A DNA stretch of 64,000 nucleotides from an uncultured Acidobacteriota bacterium (GTDB taxonomy: Bacteria > Acidobacteriota > Vicinamibacteria > Vicinamibacterales > 2-12-FULL-66-21), in NCBI GenBank assembly GCA_963847125.1, contig CAWJYM010000004.1:3309663-3373662 (forward strand), given 5' to 3'. Within the stretch, counting starts at the first letter, position 1; each line of letters begins with the position of its first letter. Of this stretch, positions 59,297 to 64,000 are shown one piece after another. The translations under genes and the position numbers were made by a program. A model generated the notes under the pieces. It was not told where the DNA came from, made no database searches, and saw only the letters and a program-made list of their open reading frames with translations.

Positions 59297-59639
59297 TCCT
59301 GGTGACGGGGCAAACTCGGTGCCACGGGACGACAGGGAGACTGCGCCAAACTGCCGGAGGCCAACCCTGAGTCGGGGGATCCTATCGACGGAATAGTCGG
59401 CGAACCGGCAGAATCGTCACGCGTGCGCCGGCAGGAAGGCCCCGGTTGACGGATGACCGACGCCGGGCGCATGCTGAGGGACGGCGTCGATCCACGCCGA
59501 ACCTCTTCAGGTCCCGCCCCGGCCGGGACCCGCTGTGAGGCAAAGGGGGGCAGACTCCCGGATCGCACGTTCACAACCTTTGCGTCGCCGCGTGCGCTGC
59601 CGGGGAGTCAGCCCGTGGCGCGTGCAAAGGAGACGTAAC

Positions 59640-60326
59640 GTGCCTCGCGATAAAGACCGCAAGCGCATCATCCGCAGCCGGATGAAAAAAACGGGCGAAT
59701 CGTACACCGCCGCCCGCGCACACATCCTCTCGAAACCCAAGGGTAAGCAACCGCCGCCACGCGCGATGGATCACGCCGCTCTGGCGGGCATGAGCGACGA
59801 GAAGGTCGCCGCGAAAACAGGCCGCACCTGGCCTGAGTGGGTGCGCGTACTCGACGCCGATCAGGCCGCGGCCATGCGTCACCGCGACGTCGCCGCGCTC
59901 GTGCACGAGAAGTACCACGTCGGCGACTGGTGGTCGCAGATGGTCACCGTCGGGTACGAGCGCATCAAGGGCGTACGCGAACGCGGCCAGCGCCTCGATG
60001 GAGCCTACGAGGCGAGCAAGAGCCGCACGTTCAATGTTCCGGTGAAAGCGCTGTTCGACGCCTGGGCGGATGCCGCGACCAGACGCCGCTGGCTCGACGG
60101 CGTCGAACCGGTCGTGCGCACGGCGACGGCGCCGAAATCGATACGGCTCCAGTGGCCCGACGGAACGGTCGTCGCCGGCTGGTTCCTGGCGAAGGGCCGG
60201 GCGAAGAGCACGGTGTCTCTCGCGCACACGAAGCTGCGCGACCGGGCCGCGCTGGACAAGGCGAAGAAGTACTGGAGAGAAAGGCTCGACGCGCTCGGGA
60301 CGCTGTTCGTCACCGCTAGTCGTTGA
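59640..60326 (+). CDS. SRPBCC/AHSA1-like protein with an N-terminal DUF4287-like segment
   Basis: GTG 59640 is preceded by AAAGGAGA. The blocks GRTWPEWVRVLD...GDWWSQMVTVGYERIKG are followed by an AHSA1-like C-terminal half (SRTFNVPVKALFDAW...). The family names come from memory. Confidence 0.55.
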   Translation: MPRDKDRKRIIRSRMKKTGESYTAARAHILSKPKGKQPPPRAMDHAALAGMSDEKVAAKTGRTWPEWVRVLDADQAAAMRHRDVAALVHEKYHVGDWWSQMVTVGYERIKGVRERGQRLDGAYEASKSRTFNVPVKALFDAWADAATRRRWLDGVEPVVRTATAPKSIRLQWPDGTVVAGWFLAKGRAKSTVSLAHTKLRDRAALDKAKKYWRERLDALGTLFVTASR

Positions 60327-60372
60327 ACATGAGGACCCACGGGGCGGCGGCCCTCGCCGCCCCGCCTGCGGC

Positions 60373-61599
60373 TTAGCCCCAGCGCGGCGTCTCGTCCGGG
60401 CTGATGCCGAGCGCCGTCTTCGCGACGATCTCATGGGTCAGCATCGAGTTTGCCGGGTGGATCCGTCCGAGGCGCGCGTCGCGGAAGATCTGTTCGAGGC
60501 CGCTCCGCCGGAAGATGCCGAATCCCCCGGCCGCATCGAGCGCCAGATCGACGACTTTCCACGAGCTTTCGACGGCGTGGTACTTGGCGCTGAAGATCTC
60601 CTTCGGCCAGGCTGCGCCATGGTCGACTCCTGACGACCAGTCAGTCGCCACGCGCTCCAGATGCGGCTCGATCGTGTCCAGCGCGAGCGTCATCTCGGCC
60701 ACCGTGTGCTGAACCTCGGCGTGATATGCCATCGATCGGGACAGGCCAAGCGAGCGCTTGGACTTCACCGACTGCAGCGTCATTTCGTACGCCCGGCGCG
60801 CAAGGCCGTAGTAAATGTTTCCAAACCCCAGCAACGCCCACGCGAACAGCGCCAGAACGAACCGATCGATGCCCGCGGCGCCTGCCGGCACGATCCGACC
60901 GATGTACCGGTCGGGCACGAAAACGCCGTCCAGGACGGTGTCTTCGCTGCGCGTCGCGCGCATGCCGAGGACGTCCCATGTGTCCTCGATGCGGTACCCT
61001 TCGGTGTCCCGCGGCATGAACGCGTGCACGATGTGCGGCCGGGATGGATCGGCCGTGTCCATGCCGTGAATGCCCAGGTAGGTCCAGACGGGCGCCAGGC
61101 TTCCAAACGATTTGCGCCCCGTGAACCGGTAGCCTCCTTCGACGCGCTCCGCCTTCGTTGTGGAGAGCAGGATGGGGATGTCGTTGCCGCTCTCGGCGTG
61201 ACCCGCGGCGAAGATCGCACCGCGCGCGGTCTCCTCCAGGATCCAGTGCAGCGATCTGTCGCCGGCGCGCAGCAAGTCAGCCGCAACACCGATCCAATAC
61301 AGGTGCATGTTGATCGCCAGCGCGGTGGCAGGCGCGTGATAGCCGAGCCGGCGCTGCTCGCGGACGGCATCCGCGAGCGAAAGGCCTCGGCCTCCCAACT
61401 CGATCGGGACGGCGAGGTTCAGGTAACCGGCCGCGCGTAGTTCCTCGAAATCTTCGGCGAAGAATGCGTTGTCGCGATCGTACTGGGGCGCCCGAGTCGC
61501 GAAGCGCGTGAGCATCTCATCGGTCAAGACGCTGCCCGCACGTGAATCGCGTCGAGCCGCCGCGGGCGCCGCGCCCGTCACTGCGCTGGTTGATGTCAT
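60373..61599 (-). CDS. Acyl-CoA dehydrogenase-family flavoprotein
   Basis: ATG 61599 is preceded by GAGGAG. ACAD-like blocks are present throughout (FFAEDFEELRAAGYLNLAVPIELGG, ESGND, GGFGIFRRSGLEQIFRD). Confidence 0.85.
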   Translation of the reverse strand: MTSTSAVTGAAPAAARRDSRAGSVLTDEMLTRFATRAPQYDRDNAFFAEDFEELRAAGYLNLAVPIELGGRGLSLADAVREQRRLGYHAPATALAINMHLYWIGVAADLLRAGDRSLHWILEETARGAIFAAGHAESGNDIPILLSTTKAERVEGGYRFTGRKSFGSLAPVWTYLGIHGMDTADPSRPHIVHAFMPRDTEGYRIEDTWDVLGMRATRSEDTVLDGVFVPDRYIGRIVPAGAAGIDRFVLALFAWALLGFGNIYYGLARRAYEMTLQSVKSKRSLGLSRSMAYHAEVQHTVAEMTLALDTIEPHLERVATDWSSGVDHGAAWPKEIFSAKYHAVESSWKVVDLALDAAGGFGIFRRSGLEQIFRDARLGRIHPANSMLTHEIVAKTALGISPDETPRWG

Positions 61600-61839
61600 T
61601 GCCGTCTCCTCAGTTCTGACCGCTGAAACGGATTCCCGCCCCCGTGATGTCCGGTGTGTGTGCGCCGATAAGCGTACACGCAACTTGCGTCGCCAGTCGT
61701 CCGACCTTTATACAGCCTCCTGACGCGAGACGGACGGGTACTCAGCACCTGCGGGTGGCGGACCGCCGGCCGCCCGCTATGATCAGAAGCGGCAAACATC
61801 GGCAAAACGGCTCACGAGGCGGAAGACCGGGCTAACTGC

Positions 61840-62091
61840 ATGACGCTCCTCAGGATCGGCGTCGAGTGCTACGCAGGCCATCGGGGCGAGCAAACGCCGC
61901 GAATCCTGATTCTTGGAGACCGCCGCCTTGAGGTCGAAGTTCTCGATGCGTGGCTCGCTCCCGACCATCGTTATTTCAAGCTGAAGGGGGAGGACGGAGA
62001 CACGTATCTCGTTCGTCACGACCAGTTACGAGGCACCTGGGAGCTGACGATGTTCCGCAGCGCGCGGACCATGAAACGCGGAGGGGGCTGA
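61840..62091 (+). CDS. Small conserved-looking hypothetical protein (83 aa)
   Basis: The ORF reads ...LEVEVLDAWLAPDHRYFKLKGEDGDTYLVRHDQLRGTWELTMF. The function is unknown. Confidence 0.5.
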   Translation: MTLLRIGVECYAGHRGEQTPRILILGDRRLEVEVLDAWLAPDHRYFKLKGEDGDTYLVRHDQLRGTWELTMFRSARTMKRGGG

Positions 62092-62109
62092 CCTCCGCGG
62101 CGTCTGCAG

Positions 62110-62904
62110 TTACTCGGCGCGTAGGGCGTCAGCCAGCTCGAGCGAGATCTGCCTCGGCGTCAGAGCACACAGCCGTTTGGCGACACGTTCGAGGTGAAAC
62201 CCGACGCGGGTGCGTTCTTCATACTCCTGCTGCTCTACCGATCCGGGCTTCTCGGGGAGAAGCTCGCCAAACGTCAGATCCTCCGGACCAAGCCGGTATG
62301 TCTGGTGCGACTCGATGTAACTGCGAATGAAGTCGAGCACGGCCGCGCGCCAATCGTGCCGCTCGGCTTCGTGCTCGCACATATGCTCCGGCAGGAGCGG
62401 CTCGTCTTCGGTTTGTTGTTCAGGCGTACGTGTCCGTTCGTTTCTCCACCATTCGGCGTGCTCCCGGTGATCTTTCGCGCGTTGTCCCAGCAGCTTGCGT
62501 AGTTCCAGACCCGGAATCGTCACCTTCAATCCATCAATTGCCTTTTCATCCGCGTTATCGAGCCACACGCTGGGTTCAGAGTCTGAGACTTCCTTGAAGT
62601 CTGGAGAAATCAGCTCCGCCATTCGGAGGTCAGACTTGCTGAGCGTGTAGAGTTCATCGGGCACGAGATGGTCGCGCAGCAGCATCAGGTGCGTGACACG
62701 GTCCCGGTACTGCTGGTATTCGGTCTCCAGCTCGCCGAGGCTCTTGAAGCGGTCCTCGGCTCTCACGTCGAACGGCTGATCGCCTGCTCGCTCCTTGATT
62801 CTCGCGCCCAGCGCGTCAATGGCGGCCTCGTGCTTCCGGATGCGCTCGGCCATTCTGAGACTCAACTCCTCCCCCCGGATCGTGATCTGCAGACCTCTGA
62901 TCAT
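62110..62904 (-). CDS. Hypothetical charged protein (264 aa) with an apparent internal duplication
   Basis: It starts at ATG 62904 (MIRGLQITIRGEELS...). The second half restarts with IDGLKVTIPGLELRK.... The gene is A/T-richer than its surroundings. The 421-aa ORF in the track is an upstream extension. Confidence 0.55.
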   Translation of the reverse strand: MIRGLQITIRGEELSLRMAERIRKHEAAIDALGARIKERAGDQPFDVRAEDRFKSLGELETEYQQYRDRVTHLMLLRDHLVPDELYTLSKSDLRMAELISPDFKEVSDSEPSVWLDNADEKAIDGLKVTIPGLELRKLLGQRAKDHREHAEWWRNERTRTPEQQTEDEPLLPEHMCEHEAERHDWRAAVLDFIRSYIESHQTYRLGPEDLTFGELLPEKPGSVEQQEYEERTRVGFHLERVAKRLCALTPRQISLELADALRAE

Positions 62905-63156
62905 GTCATCGCTCGCTTTCCTCCCCCCGCGACGACGATGCCATCGTCCCCGAACAAGCGTCAAGCACGTACGGACGGCGGCCATGCGCCGCCACAATCC
63001 CGGAGAAATCCCGGTCCAGTCCCGGGACTTCCGACCGACGCGACCCCTACTCTTGGGGCACGACGATCGACGAGGCCGCGCAGAATTGCTTGTCTCGCCA
63101 TAGCGCCAAGCGCGAAGGCGGACGGCCCGCCGTTCACGTCGCTTCAGGAGGTTGTT

Positions 63157-63756
63157 ATGAACGTCGGACGAAAGGCTACCCAAGTCGTGTGTTCTCTCGG
63201 TGTCGTCGTTCTCGCCGGCTTCGGGCCCAGCGCACAGGCTCGCCAGACCAGCCTGCACAGTGAGCATCACGGCCCGTCCTCCGGCCGCGATCAGGCGGCC
63301 GGCCTGGTCAAGGTCGTCCGCGATGCGACCGAGCGCTTCAAGGACGTCCGGGTGGCTGAACAGGAGAACTACCATCTGCTGTTCGGCTGCGTCAGCGGCC
63401 CCGACTCAGGTGCGATGGGGCTGCACTACGTGAATACCGACCTGGCGTTCGACGGCGTGCTGGACCCGGCGCGGCCAGAGATCGTGATCTACGAGCCGCT
63501 GCCGAACGGCCGGCTGCGTCTCATCGGCGCCGACTATCTGATTGTCGCGGAGGCCTGGCATACGAACAACCCGACCGCGCTGGGCGCGCCGGAGCTCATG
63601 GGGCAGATCATGCACCTCTTCGAGGCGCCCAATCGCTTTGGATTGCCCTCCTTCTACACGCTGCACGTCTGGGCGTGGAAGGACAACCCGACCGGCATGT
63701 TCGTGAATTGGCACTCCAAGGTGTCGTGCGAGAATTTCGCCGCGCAGAATCAGTGA
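63157..63756 (+). CDS. Secreted hypothetical protein (199 aa)
   Basis: ATG 63157 is preceded by CAGGAGG. It has a signal peptide (VVCSLGVVVLAGFGPSAQA) and conserved-looking blocks (GAMGLHYVN, FYTLHVWAWKDNP). Confidence 0.6.
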   Translation: MNVGRKATQVVCSLGVVVLAGFGPSAQARQTSLHSEHHGPSSGRDQAAGLVKVVRDATERFKDVRVAEQENYHLLFGCVSGPDSGAMGLHYVNTDLAFDGVLDPARPEIVIYEPLPNGRLRLIGADYLIVAEAWHTNNPTALGAPELMGQIMHLFEAPNRFGLPSFYTLHVWAWKDNPTGMFVNWHSKVSCENFAAQNQ

Positions 63757-63804
63757 CTCGACGTTCGCGATCTGAAGTAGTCCGGCTGGTTCGGGATCTG
63801 TTCG

Positions 63805-63825
63805 GAGTCGGCCCTGAGCCGACTC
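63805..63825. terminator. Stem-loop between convergent genes (GAGTCGGC-cctga-GCCGACTC)
   Basis: It is a perfect 8-bp stem with a 5-nt loop. It overlaps the stop codon of the minus-strand partial gene. Confidence 0.5.
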
Positions 63826-64000
63826 AGGGCGCACCCGGCGCCAGCCGGCCGCGGTCGACGAGTGACGCCCCCCCAGCGATCACCGTCGCGTCCGGGAAGA
63901 AGAGCCACCGGATGCCGCCGCCGCGGACGGCGCCCCCCAGCTCGTTGTTGTCGCCGAGGCTCATGCGCACGACGCCGGCGCCGTAGCCGTAGTACGGGAG
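63824..64000 (-). CDS. 3' end of an unidentified gene (58 codons; the rest is outside the window)
   Basis: The minus-strand frame is open from the window edge to TGA at 63824-63826 (...GIRWLFFPDATVIAGGASLVDRGRLAPGAP*), with high third-position G+C. It is too short to identify. Confidence 0.35.
   Translation of the reverse strand, partial: LPYYGYGAGVVRMSLGDNNELGGAVRGGGIRWLFFPDATVIAGGASLVDRGRLAPGAP

Noticed and set aside
59300-59385. c-di-GMP-I (GEMM-I) riboswitch-like strings (GGGGCAAAC … GGGACG) in the 59.3-kb spacer.
   Set aside because: The conserved ACGCAAAGC core and the GNRA tetraloop/receptor arrangement are absent. The element lies more than 250 nt from the next + strand start. An Infernal search with RF01051 would settle it, but I do not expect a hit.

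Overview
This is a 64-kb, visibly high-G+C bacterial chromosomal segment. I saw no rRNA, transposase, integrase, cas genes or CRISPR array. All G+C statements are by eye, not computed. The gene content (a CarboxypepD_reg-type TonB-dependent receptor, a Tat-signal TldD/PmbA pair, a TPR-sigma54 activator) and the short REP-like repeats suggest an Acidobacteriota-like soil bacterium; that is inference only. About 60 protein genes and one tRNA-Arg(CCT) can be supported.

Functional blocks, in order:
- the 3' part of mutS
- an outer-membrane peptidase/propeller/barrel protein
- a deoxyhypusine-synthase-like gene plus agmatinase
- a TPR-sigma54 enhancer-binding protein, then PilZ and cupin genes
- a TldD/PmbA pair
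- apt and acyP
- a complete xanthine-to-ureidoglycolate cluster (CoxSML-type xanthine dehydrogenase, uricase, HIU hydrolase, OHCU decarboxylase, allantoinase, allantoicase)
- an arsenic block (Cys-rich MarR-type regulator, ArsM, ArsC)
- an MhqO/MhqD-like pair
- a TonB receptor with GlpQ
- a PDZ / CPA / CPA-OtsA-fusion operon
- a nine-gene minus-strand operon joining a Cdc48-like AAA+ ATPase to 2-oxoacid:ferredoxin oxidoreductase subunits, a GltD-like/ferredoxin fusion and a CheY receiver
- a right-hand stretch of hypothetical genes

Most notable observations:
1. The Cdc48/OFOR operon has an unusual composition and carries six apparent +1 frameshifts within about 5 kb. The other ~56 kb has only two frame breaks.
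2. A cation/proton-antiporter domain is fused to trehalose-6-phosphate synthase.
3. An A/T-rich palindrome of about 150 bp, built from tandem 7/14-nt repeats, sits between two convergent genes.
4. There are three families of short dispersed or intercistronic repeats.

Functions are assigned from motifs recognised by eye in the supplied translations. No database search was possible.
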